From: Candidatus Krumholzibacteriia bacterium
Lineage (GTDB): Bacteria > Krumholzibacteriota > Krumholzibacteriia > Krumholzibacteriales > Krumholzibacteriaceae
DNA length: 64,000 bases
Direction of reading: 5' to 3'
NCBI GenBank assembly: GCA_963836185.1
Contig: CAWIIQ010000002.1
Coordinates: 1-64,000 of the forward strand
The notes below the pieces were generated by a model that was not told the DNA's origin, did not search any database, and saw nothing but the letters and a program-made list of their open reading frames with translations. This document shows positions 53,785-62,867 of the stretch, one piece after another; position 1 is the first letter of the stretch, and the number at the start of each line of letters is the position of its first letter. A program made the translations under genes and the position numbers.

Positions 53785-55386
53785 TTATCTCAGCAGGATG
53801 AACTTCCCTGATCCTGTCCAGCCCGCACCGCTCGTCCTCAGAAAATACACTCCTGCGGAGAATCCTCTCGTGTCAAGCGTCAGTGTCTGGCGGCCCTCTG
53901 TCAGAGAGCCACTTACCATTCTTCTCTTGAGGCGGCCCGCCGCGTCATAGATCGTTATCTCGACCCGGCCCGGGCTCGTAAGGTAGAGGTGCACAAGCGA
54001 GGAGCTGTTCACCGGGTTGGGGCTGATGACCGCGCGGGAATCCCATACTCTTTCGGATGCCTCGTCCGCGGTCGTACTGTTTACGATCAGAGCTATTCGG
54101 TCGGCAGAAGCAAAGCCGCTTCCATCGACCGCCCTTGCCGTAAGCGTGTGAGTGCCGAGGGGCAGGTCTGCGACCGGGAACGACCAGGGTGATATCGTAT
54201 CCTCTCCTATCTTTAGCTGGTCGAGGAAGAATTCGACCTTATCTATTCCATACGCGGAAGAGGCGTCAGCCTCGATTAATACCATTTCGTCCGTCCAGTA
54301 CTCGGAATTGTCGGCCGGGGCTGTGATCGCGATGGCTGGAAGCGGCCCAGGAGCGGTGACTGTCAGGCCGGAAGCGTTGCCGATAGTCGAGCCCGGCACC
54401 TGTCCCAGTCCCAGTAGATCCGCCGCAAGATTTGCAGCCTCGCCGTTTCTGACAGGCGGAATGGCTGCATCGCATTGAAGCTGATCTTCCCCGGGATCGA
54501 GGCGTGATCCGGTGTTGAGTCCGTAGATATCAGAGCCAGCCGGAATGCCGGGGCCCCACGCGTGGAACTGTATCGTGTAGTTGAATCGATCTGACGCGTC
54601 GCTGTGGTCCGTTCCGGTGCCTCCATGATCCGCAGTCACTATCAGAGATGTCCTTCCCGACAGGACAGGGTCCGACTCGACAGCATCTAGCACTCGGCCG
54701 ATCGCGGCATCCATCCGCTTTATCGAGTCGAGATATTCGAGGCTTTCCCAGCCGTAAGCGTGGCCGTCCGAATCGGGGTCGCGGAGATGCAGCAACGAAT
54801 AGCCGGGTCTTGCAGAGTCGAGGATCAAAAGGAACGAGTCGACAAGATCAGAGGTGTTCCCCAGATATAGATAATCATCTATTTTGTCCCTGCCGTTGTC
54901 CTGGTCCGTGATGTCGGGAGCTCCGTTTGCCTCATCCCAGCTTCTCTCAAAGAGGGCGAACTTGTCCTTGCCGGTAAAGAGCGCCGTCACCAGTCCGTTG
55001 TCGTGCGCTACATCGAAAATTCCGGCGACGTATGAGCCGTGCGCGTCCTCGATCGTTCCCCCTGTATCGGAGTTGAATGAGACGCCGTGGCCATCGGGGC
55101 CGAGTACGGCGCGGCCGGTCATCTGGCAGGCGTGGTTTGGCAAAGTGTTTGTGTAGTCGCAGTCAGAGCGCGCGTTGAGCGTGAAGGCGCCTTCGACCAT
55201 CAGCATATGAAAGTTCGGGCAGTGCGCCGGGCCGAGAGACATGACCGCGTCGGGCCTGAGCCCGTCGACGCTGATATGTATCACATGTTCGACAGTCTGC
55301 GCAAAAGCGGCTTTCGGGAATACGCAGGACAGTGCCGATGCCGCGATGACCGCGAAGAGAAGTTTATTCCTGAACATGACCATCAT
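53785..55386 (-). CDS. Secreted alkaline-phosphatase-superfamily (NPP-type) protein with Ig-like domain and T9SS-type C-terminal domain
   Basis: ISVDGLR, TLPNH (Thr nucleophile), DPDSDGH, TADHGG; ITAP...VEFF Big domain; SPNP...IYDAAGR...AGVYFL tail. Confidence 0.85.
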   Translation of the reverse strand: MMVMFRNKLLFAVIAASALSCVFPKAAFAQTVEHVIHISVDGLRPDAVMSLGPAHCPNFHMLMVEGAFTLNARSDCDYTNTLPNHACQMTGRAVLGPDGHGVSFNSDTGGTIEDAHGSYVAGIFDVAHDNGLVTALFTGKDKFALFERSWDEANGAPDITDQDNGRDKIDDYLYLGNTSDLVDSFLLILDSARPGYSLLHLRDPDSDGHAYGWESLEYLDSIKRMDAAIGRVLDAVESDPVLSGRTSLIVTADHGGTGTDHSDASDRFNYTIQFHAWGPGIPAGSDIYGLNTGSRLDPGEDQLQCDAAIPPVRNGEAANLAADLLGLGQVPGSTIGNASGLTVTAPGPLPAIAITAPADNSEYWTDEMVLIEADASSAYGIDKVEFFLDQLKIGEDTISPWSFPVADLPLGTHTLTARAVDGSGFASADRIALIVNSTTADEASERVWDSRAVISPNPVNSSSLVHLYLTSPGRVEITIYDAAGRLKRRMVSGSLTEGRQTLTLDTRGFSAGVYFLRTSGAGWTGSGKFILLR

Positions 55387-55404
55387 TCAGGATTATAGCA
55401 CATG

Positions 55405-58194
55405 TCAGCCCGCAGTTTCATGTTTCGCTCTGGCCCTCTTGAAGATCTTGAGGATCTCGAAAGCGGCGAGGTAGACGCCGGCCGCCCCGAGTACATATCC
55501 CCAGTCGGCTGCACTCGGCGGGTGGAACCTGAGGAACTCGCGGACCCCGGGCAGATATATCGCCAGCAGTATCAGGACGATCGATCCCAGGATCGAGAGA
55601 AGCAGGATCCGATTCGAGAAGAAGTTCCTGTTGAAGATCGATGCCTTCTCGTACCTGCGCGAGAGGATGTTGACGAACTGGCAGAATCCGATAGTCAGGT
55701 ATGTGACCGTGGTCGCCTGCGCGTACTGGACCACGAGGGATGGATCGATCGATCCCGAGCCCTCGAGGATATTGAACGAGACGCCGTGACGCGTCATGAA
55801 CAGCGCGTAGTTGGCGAACGAGAGGGCGCCAATAAGAAATCCGAGGAATATGACCTCGATGGAGTTCCCGCGGTTGAGTATATGGTCCTTCGGGTTTCGC
55901 GGAGGGGTCTGCATCACGTCATCCGGCGGCGGGTCGTAGGTGAGGTATGTCAGCGGCATGATCTCGGCAAGCAGATCGATGGCGAGGATCTGTATCGCGA
56001 GGATCGGGATCGCCCAGTCGGTCATCGCGACCCCTGCCAGGCCGAGGAGCACGACGACGAGCTCCGCGGCGTTCGTAGTCATCGAAGCGAGCACCGTTTT
56101 TTTGAGGTTGCGGTAGATCGTCCGCCCCTCGCGGACGGCATGTACGAGCGTGGGGAACGAATCGTCGAGGAGGACTAGCTCCGATGCCTCCTTCGAGACG
56201 TCCGTGCCTATCCTTCCCATCGCCACGCCTATGTCGGCCTTGCGCAGGGCCGGGGCATCGTTGACGCCGTCTCCCGTTACGGCCACCACCTCCCCGTATT
56301 CCTCCAGAAGAGTGACGATACGCAATTTGTCCTCGGGGTCGACCCTCGAGAAGATCAGCGACTGCTCATGCTCCATGACTTCGGTGAGCCTGGCGTCGTC
56401 CATCTCCTTCAGCTCGGTCCCCGTGAAGACGCGGGATGGATGGCCGCCGGCGTCGAGGCCGATCTCGTTTCCTATCGCCTGGGCCGTGATCGCGTGATCG
56501 CCTGTCATGATGAATGTCCGGATGCCCGCGTTGTGGCACTCTTCCATCGCTTCCCGGACACCTTCGCGCGGCGGGTCCATCATTCCCACGAGCCCGAGGA
56601 AGGTGACGTCCTTTTCGACCGATTCCATCGTGTAATCCCTGCCGTCGCTCTCGAGCGGCCTGTATGCGATCGCCAGGACGCGAAGTGCCTGGCCGGAGAA
56701 CTCTTCCATGACAGACATTATATTGCTGCGGTCTTCGTCCGTGATCGGTTCGGCTTTGCCATCCCGGTATATATGCCGGCTCACTGACAGTACTGCCGCC
56801 GCGGCCCCTTTCATCGCGAGCTGCTCACGGTCGCCGAACTGGCGCACCGAGCTCATAAGCTTGCGCTCGGAATCGAAGGGGAATTCCTTCAGCTCGGGAT
56901 TTTCCTCGTCTTCGATGGGGGAGCGTGTTCCAAGCTTGGTCGACATCGTGACAAGCGCCGCTTCCGTAGGGTCGCCGACGGGGTACCATCCGTGGTGGTC
57001 TTCGTCCGGTTCGTGTATCTCGGCGTTCGATGCCATCGTTGCCGCATCCATCATTATCTCGATCTCGTCGATGCCGGCCTGGTCGACGACATTCCCGGCA
57101 TCGTCAAGAAGCTGTCCCTCCGGCTCGTATCCGGTGCCCGACATCCCGTATTGTTTCCCGTTGAACCAGAGGGCAGTCACGGTCATCTCGTTCTTCGTCA
57201 GAGTACCTGTCTTGTCTGTGCTGATCACGCTCGTCGAGCCCAGCGTCTCGACAGCGGGCAGGCTCTTGACGACAGCGTTCATATCGGCGAGCCTCTTGCT
57301 CGTAGTGGACATCGCGACGGTGACCTGTGCCGGCAGTGCCTGGGGGACGAGCGCCACGGCGATGCCGAGAGCGAGGACCATGCTCGTCATCAGGGTGAAC
57401 CCCTGCCACAGGGCTATTCCGAATAGAACCCCTCCTATGATGACTACAGCCATCGTGAGCCACTTCGCCAGCGAACCGAGCTCCCGCTCGAGCGGAGACG
57501 GGGACTGCTTCGTTTCCTGGGTCATGCCGGCGATCTTTCCCATCTCGGTGTCCATGCCTGTACGGACGACGACGCCTGTCGCACTGCCCGAGGTAGCGGT
57601 GGTCCCGGTGAACGCCATGTTGTCCCGGTCTCCGATGACACTCGCCTCTTTTATCACATTACTTGTCTTTCCCTGCGGCATCGACTCGCCAGTCAGAGCG
57701 AAATCGTCGGTGCGCAGGTCGAACGATTCCAGGATCCTCAGGTCGGCGGGGATCTTGTCGCCGGCCTCGATCTGCACGATATCTCCCGGGACGAGTCTGC
57801 CCTGCGGAATCTCAGCCATCTCTCCGCCGCGTAACACCTTGGCGGGCGACTGTATGAGATTCTTCAGGCTGTCGAGAATTCGGCTGACCTTGTATACCTG
57901 CACGAATCCGATTATCGCGTTGATCATCACGATGACGACCATGACGACGCCGTCCCTGTACGAGCCGATCACGAAAGAAATCGCCGCGGCCACTATCAGG
58001 ACGATTACGAGGAGGTCCCTGAACTGTGAGAGGAAGATAAGCCATTTGGGGGTGCTGATATCAGCCGTGAGCTCATTGGGGCCCGACTCGGCGAGTTTCT
58101 TCTCCGCGTCCTCAGCCGACAGTCCCTTTGCGCTTGTGCCCAGGTCGGCGAAGACCTCTTCAGCTGTCATCTGGTAATATTTTTTGTCACTCAT
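55405..58194 (-). CDS. P2-type cation-transporting ATPase (non-canonical PQALP motif)
   Basis: LTGES, DKTGTLT, KGA, DPPR, TGD, GDGVNDAP. Confidence 0.93.
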   Translation of the reverse strand: MSDKKYYQMTAEEVFADLGTSAKGLSAEDAEKKLAESGPNELTADISTPKWLIFLSQFRDLLVIVLIVAAAISFVIGSYRDGVVMVVIVMINAIIGFVQVYKVSRILDSLKNLIQSPAKVLRGGEMAEIPQGRLVPGDIVQIEAGDKIPADLRILESFDLRTDDFALTGESMPQGKTSNVIKEASVIGDRDNMAFTGTTATSGSATGVVVRTGMDTEMGKIAGMTQETKQSPSPLERELGSLAKWLTMAVVIIGGVLFGIALWQGFTLMTSMVLALGIAVALVPQALPAQVTVAMSTTSKRLADMNAVVKSLPAVETLGSTSVISTDKTGTLTKNEMTVTALWFNGKQYGMSGTGYEPEGQLLDDAGNVVDQAGIDEIEIMMDAATMASNAEIHEPDEDHHGWYPVGDPTEAALVTMSTKLGTRSPIEDEENPELKEFPFDSERKLMSSVRQFGDREQLAMKGAAAAVLSVSRHIYRDGKAEPITDEDRSNIMSVMEEFSGQALRVLAIAYRPLESDGRDYTMESVEKDVTFLGLVGMMDPPREGVREAMEECHNAGIRTFIMTGDHAITAQAIGNEIGLDAGGHPSRVFTGTELKEMDDARLTEVMEHEQSLIFSRVDPEDKLRIVTLLEEYGEVVAVTGDGVNDAPALRKADIGVAMGRIGTDVSKEASELVLLDDSFPTLVHAVREGRTIYRNLKKTVLASMTTNAAELVVVLLGLAGVAMTDWAIPILAIQILAIDLLAEIMPLTYLTYDPPPDDVMQTPPRNPKDHILNRGNSIEVIFLGFLIGALSFANYALFMTRHGVSFNILEGSGSIDPSLVVQYAQATTVTYLTIGFCQFVNILSRRYEKASIFNRNFFSNRILLLSILGSIVLILLAIYLPGVREFLRFHPPSAADWGYVLGAAGVYLAAFEILKIFKRARAKHETAG

Positions 58195-58402
58195 CTGTTC
58201 AGGCTCTTTCTTTATTATTGGCTCGTTGACACAGCAATATCCGGTTTTGCCGAGAATAAATCTGAATCAGGTGTTCTACAAGTGAATTGTCCCCTGAAGA
58301 GGTCTGTTGTGTTGACCTTTGAGATTTAAAGCGCTTCTTGAACAGCCGGTTCCGATGGAGTAATATCCCGTAGGAACCCCATTCAAACGGAGGATAATTA
58401 CA

Positions 58403-59254
58403 GTGATCAGATTCAGGCAGGATTCAGGAGTCGTATTAAGGTGCGTGTCCGCTGTGATGATCGTAGCGCTCGCGGTGATAATGAACTCCTGCTCCGAAGA
58501 AAAGATCGAGTGGAACGAGCAGATGGTCCATGAGGCGCTGAAATCGGCCAATCCGGCCTATGACGGAGGCGCGATCATACAGATAATGGGCGGAGACGTG
58601 ATCTCCCTCAGCCTCGAGGATACGGGAGTGAAAGACCTGTCGCCACTTACAAAGATGGGCATCAGGAGGCTCGATCTCAGGCTGCTTGACGTATCGGACC
58701 TGGGGCCGCTCAAGGGTCTCAAACTGACGGAGCTGTATCTCGAAGGCACCGCCGTCACCGATCTGTCTCCCCTTCGGGGTATGCCCCTGACGAAGCTCTA
58801 TCTGAACGCGACGGAGGTCAGCGACCTTGCGCCTCTTGCCGGCACGCCGCTCGAAACGCTCAGCCTGTTCAGGACAAAGGTAAAGGATGTCACGCCGCTT
58901 GCCGAAACGCAGATGAAGATGCTCTGGCTCAATGAGACGCCTGTAAATGACATATCGCCTCTCGCCGGCCTGCCCCTTGTCAGCCTGACTCTCCACCGGA
59001 CGTATGTGATCGATATCTCGCCTCTCGCCGGCTCGGGGCTTGAGAGGCTACATATCGCCGAGACAGGGGTGACGGATTTGAGGCCGATAGCGGATCTGAA
59101 GTTGACCAGGCTGATATTCACTCCTGAAAATATAGTCAAGGGCCTTGAGATTGCCCGGAATATGGATACTATCTACGAGATAGGTACGAGCTTCGATAAC
59201 AAGACCACTCCGGATGCCTTCTGGAGTAGGTACGGCCATCTGCTGAAGGAATAA
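58403..59254 (+). CDS. Leucine-rich-repeat lipoprotein (internalin-like 22-aa repeats)
   Basis: GGAGG RBS; lipobox IMNSC; about 8 repeats of LxxLxLxxTxVxDLSPLxGx. Confidence 0.85.
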   Translation: MIRFRQDSGVVLRCVSAVMIVALAVIMNSCSEEKIEWNEQMVHEALKSANPAYDGGAIIQIMGGDVISLSLEDTGVKDLSPLTKMGIRRLDLRLLDVSDLGPLKGLKLTELYLEGTAVTDLSPLRGMPLTKLYLNATEVSDLAPLAGTPLETLSLFRTKVKDVTPLAETQMKMLWLNETPVNDISPLAGLPLVSLTLHRTYVIDISPLAGSGLERLHIAETGVTDLRPIADLKLTRLIFTPENIVKGLEIARNMDTIYEIGTSFDNKTTPDAFWSRYGHLLKE

Positions 59255-59277
59255 TCGGAAAGCGGGGATCGATCGAG

Positions 59278-60792
59278 ATGAACAGGTATTTTGCTCATGG
59301 ACGGTTATGGCGGGTTCTGGTCATCATCGGGATCTTCTCGATCGCAGCCGCGATCCTGACTGCAGATTCACAGGCAGCAGATAATGAGCAGTACTACAAG
59401 GAGAGGAAGACCCTGGCCGATGTCGAGGGACTCGTATGGTATGGCGAGGATTCACTTCTTACCTTCGAGAAACTCGCGGCGCTCTGTGCGCCGATACTAT
59501 GGTTCTCTCCCGATGAACCTCTCATTGCCGGAAAGAAATGGGGCGAGATACGGGTGCCGATGGCTTTCCCTTTCGAGGAGCCGGTCGACACACCGGTCGT
59601 GTACTACCGTATCAGAAGGCTGCTTGTCAGGGAGGGCGCCGGAGGGCACAACCTCGTGAAGGACCCGTACGATCCGGGAAAGACAGTGGTCGATATCAGC
59701 AGGCTGCAGGGCCTGGATATCGACTTTTTCTTCTATTACCCGACAGAGGAAGGCTTCGGCGGGCACGACCACGATGTCGAGTCGGTCGAGATGAAGGTCC
59801 TGTTCGGCAGAAAGGACCTTCTGGATGAGGGCGTATATGCCATGGCCATCTGGAAGGTGGTGGGAAAAGCTCACGGCCTTCTCTGGTACGATAATACTCT
59901 CGTTGTAGATGAATACACGAAATTTCCTCTAACGATCCTTGTAGAGGAGGGCAAACACGCCTCGTGTACCGACAAGAACGGCGATGGTTATTACACGCGC
60001 GGATTCGATGTCAACAGACGGATAAACGACGCCTGGGGAGTGCGCGATATCATCCGCAGCGGCGGACTGGCCACCGGCGGATTCGAGTCCTGGATGGCTA
60101 AGGTCCGCCAGGAAGGCGACGGTGTCTTCCCGCCTCTGCCGGAGGACAGCCCCCACTGGGAGGAACGCGCCGTGGACGGTGTATACGTACCGAAATACGC
60201 CAAGTACGAACTCAGGCCCTTCCCGACTTCCGAAATGGCCGCAGATGATCTCAAGCCTTTCATCGATTCGAAGGAGTATCCTGTCTGGCCGGAATCCGAG
60301 GAGATGGATGATTTCAACCAGTTCGCCTCCTGGTTCAGCGATGAGAGTTTCATGAAATCGCTGGCGATAGCATACAGGTATGACGGGGATAACGGGGTCG
60401 TGTTCACTTTCCCGCTCTTCTTCGTCAAGAACTTCGAAGAGAAGATGAGCGGCGGCTGGATCGTCAACAGGCTCTATTTCAAGGACAAGAACCTCAGGGA
60501 CATCGGCTACAACCTTCTCTACACGACTTCAGCGTCTAGATGGGTCGACGGGTATTTCGCCATCGGGTTCGAAAGCGATGCTTATGATACGCCGGATGGG
60601 CAGGAACGCAGGTGGCTCTTTGTCACCGAGCCGGGAATCAAGTTCAGGGCGAACCTGAAGCATTCAAAGCTGAAATTCCTGACGAAGCTCGGAACCGATT
60701 TCTGGGGTCTTCGGATAGGCGTCAAATACACCGGGGCATGGGAATTCTCAGAGATCGGGTACGTCGTGGAGATCGGCGCGGGAGTCTGGTAG
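59278..60792 (+). CDS. Exported hypothetical protein with NPP1/Vps62-like N-domain and probable C-terminal beta-barrel
   Basis: Signal peptide; APILWFSPDE, FFFYY...GHDHDVESV, GKHAS; amphipathic strands ending EIGAGVW. Confidence 0.55.
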   Translation: MNRYFAHGRLWRVLVIIGIFSIAAAILTADSQAADNEQYYKERKTLADVEGLVWYGEDSLLTFEKLAALCAPILWFSPDEPLIAGKKWGEIRVPMAFPFEEPVDTPVVYYRIRRLLVREGAGGHNLVKDPYDPGKTVVDISRLQGLDIDFFFYYPTEEGFGGHDHDVESVEMKVLFGRKDLLDEGVYAMAIWKVVGKAHGLLWYDNTLVVDEYTKFPLTILVEEGKHASCTDKNGDGYYTRGFDVNRRINDAWGVRDIIRSGGLATGGFESWMAKVRQEGDGVFPPLPEDSPHWEERAVDGVYVPKYAKYELRPFPTSEMAADDLKPFIDSKEYPVWPESEEMDDFNQFASWFSDESFMKSLAIAYRYDGDNGVVFTFPLFFVKNFEEKMSGGWIVNRLYFKDKNLRDIGYNLLYTTSASRWVDGYFAIGFESDAYDTPDGQERRWLFVTEPGIKFRANLKHSKLKFLTKLGTDFWGLRIGVKYTGAWEFSEIGYVVEIGAGVW

Positions 60793-61188
60793 GAGGCTTC
60801 GGCTGGTCAGTCGAACAACTTCCGGGATAACCGGGGATGGAATTCTGCCCAGTGTGGGGCTTGGCGCAAGGTGGCGCATGATCTAGGATCCGCCCGTCGG
60901 GGTCGAGTGTCGATTACGCGTGGGACAAGGAGGAGTGTGCGGTCTACTTCAGCTCCCCAGGCATTCAATTATAGCCACCGGGGTTCATCAAAATATTCCC
61001 CAAAAACCAAAAATAATCCTTGACGGCTTTTTCGGGCCCGATTCTCCAACCTGCGTGCCCGCCGTAGATTACGCCGCCAGGCGGCTCTCAGCGCCCCTCT
61101 CTTCGCCTCTCTCGAAGATTCCGGCATCCGGCTTATCCCGGCCCCCGGCGAGGCGCCACGGGCCATCTGTTTTGCCGCCAGAAGTCCG

Positions 61189-61197
61189 TGTTATAAT
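61189..61197 (+). promoter_or_regulatory. Extended -10 promoter upstream of the HNH gene
   Basis: TGTTATAAT, a perfect TGnTATAAT, about 70 nt before the start codon. Confidence 0.5.
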
Positions 61198-61265
61198 GTC
61201 CTCAGATGGAGAGGGCAAATGGGGGGCAGAGATAAATAGCCTGATCTCACCCGGAGGTGACGATG

Positions 61266-62855
61266 ATGAGGACGACGAAGAGCTCGATCCGTTCCAGCAG
61301 TAGATCCACAAAGACCATCCCGGAAGTAAAAGCCCTCAAAGGTGTCTCAAACAGGGCCCTTCTATCCGGTATACGTAAGCTCTCTGAGACTGAGAGAAAG
61401 ACCGTGCTTTCTATCCTCGTCCACCTGATCGAGATAGACAGAAGAAAGCTCTATCTTCCTCTCGGCTTCAGCTCTCTCTATGAGTTCTGCACAGAGCGTC
61501 TCGGGTACTCCGAGTCCACGGCCAGCAGGAGGATAAGTATCGCCAGGTGCATCAGGGACTACCCGGCTGTCTATCGCTCGCTCTGCTGCGGGAAGATCAG
61601 CATGACCAACCTCGCGATGATCACCAGGATCATGACACCGGAGAATGTCTCTGATCTTCTTTGCCGGATAGAGGGAGCCTCGAAGAGAGAGGTCGAGCTT
61701 CTTGTCAGCAGCCGCAGGCCGAAGAGCGCTATCCGAGACAGGGTCACCCCTGTATATGTAAAAACTCTGCTCGAGGTCCGAGATGGCGATTGCAAGAGTG
61801 ACGGAGACAAGACGAACGATGGCAACAGCTTCAGAGACAATACATTAGACGGGGGTGGTAAATTCTCCACCGCCACCGGTGGCGGTAAAGATCCTGCCAC
61901 TTCGAAGGGGAGCAGAGCTGGCAGCGGCGAAGGGCCGGCAGCCAGCCCTGATACTGGCAGCAGGCCCTTCGCCGTACAGACAGTGGTTTTCGAGGAGAGG
62001 CTGAAGGTCACGTTCGGCGCGGACCCTGACTTCATGCGAAAGATCGAGAGGATCCGCTCTCTTCTCTCCTCGAAGTATCACAGGCATCTTGAGCTGGGCG
62101 AGCTCTTCTCTCTTCTGATGGACGAGTACATCGAAAGACAAAGCCCTGAGGGGAGGATCAGGAGAAAAGAGAAGCGTGAGAAGAGGGCCGAGAAGGGGTC
62201 ATCGGGGACGGCCGCAGGAAGATCGAATATACAGGACCCCAGGTCAGACAAGGTCCCTGATCGATCCCGTCATATCCCCCGGAAGGTCCGTGACGAGGTA
62301 TACGCCAGGGACAAGGGGCGATGTTCCTTTCTCTCCCCCGGTGGCAGGAGATGCGGGTCCACGTGGGACCTGCAGATAGACCACAAGGTCCCCTTTGCCA
62401 GGGGCGGGGACGACTCACCGGAGAATCTCAGGCTGCTGTGCGGGAAGCACAACCGGCTCGAGGCCGAGAGGGCCTACGGAAAGAAGCACATGGAGCAGTA
62501 TGTCAAAGAACCGCCAGGACAATATGCCAGAGAACCTGTCGGGTGGTATCTCAAGAAAGCGCCAGGACAGTATGCCAAAGAGCCCGTCGGATGGTATCTC
62601 AAGGAACAGACGGGACAGCACTACCTGGATCATACGGATATAAAGAAACCTGGGGATCGCGTTAAAAAACAAAGAGGGCAGTATCGATGTGGGGTGCAGC
62701 GCAAGTGTCCCGGGCAGTACCGATGGGAACCAATTAATAAAACAAAACTACTGACAGATTGGAAACGACGGACAAAAGGAAAGACCCGGCTACTGAGTCT
62801 CTTAACTCCAGGGCCGGGTCTATTTTCGAATCGATCTGTAGATGCAGCCTGCTGA
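61266..62855 (+). CDS. DUF222-like/HNH endonuclease, probably a selfish element
   Basis: GGAGG RBS; HLIEIDRRKLYL.LGFSSLYEFC...LGYSE N-domain; RHIP..VR..V..RD..RC...C.....QIDH..PFARGG.....NLRLLC..HN. Confidence 0.85.
   Translation: MRTTKSSIRSSSRSTKTIPEVKALKGVSNRALLSGIRKLSETERKTVLSILVHLIEIDRRKLYLPLGFSSLYEFCTERLGYSESTASRRISIARCIRDYPAVYRSLCCGKISMTNLAMITRIMTPENVSDLLCRIEGASKREVELLVSSRRPKSAIRDRVTPVYVKTLLEVRDGDCKSDGDKTNDGNSFRDNTLDGGGKFSTATGGGKDPATSKGSRAGSGEGPAASPDTGSRPFAVQTVVFEERLKVTFGADPDFMRKIERIRSLLSSKYHRHLELGELFSLLMDEYIERQSPEGRIRRKEKREKRAEKGSSGTAAGRSNIQDPRSDKVPDRSRHIPRKVRDEVYARDKGRCSFLSPGGRRCGSTWDLQIDHKVPFARGGDDSPENLRLLCGKHNRLEAERAYGKKHMEQYVKEPPGQYAREPVGWYLKKAPGQYAKEPVGWYLKEQTGQHYLDHTDIKKPGDRVKKQRGQYRCGVQRKCPGQYRWEPINKTKLLTDWKRRTKGKTRLLSLLTPGPGLFSNRSVDAAC
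62496..62615 (+). repeat. Five tandem degenerate 24-nt units (48-nt higher-order period) encoding 8-aa repeats
   Basis: CAGTATGTCAAAGAACCGCCAGGA / CAATATGCCAGAGAACCTGTCGGG / TGGTATCTCAAGAAAGCGCCAGGA / CAGTATGCCAAAGAGCCCGTCGGA / TGGTATCTCAAGGAACAGACGGGA. Confidence 0.85.
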
Positions 62856-62867
62856 AACGTAACTATA

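Noticed and set aside
56708-58177. 489-aa plus-strand ORF, and similar long ORFs at 49021-50208, 42410-43552 and 7632-8624
   Set aside because: Antisense shadows of well-supported genes, expected from GC-rich codon bias; no recognisable motifs.
60920-61303. 127-aa ORF with acidic tail upstream of the HNH gene
   Set aside because: Low-complexity composition, no clear RBS, and it overlaps the HNH promoter and start.
62496-62615. Repeat array considered as CRISPR
   Set aside because: Units are directly adjacent with no unique spacers, are in frame within a CDS, and no cas genes are present.
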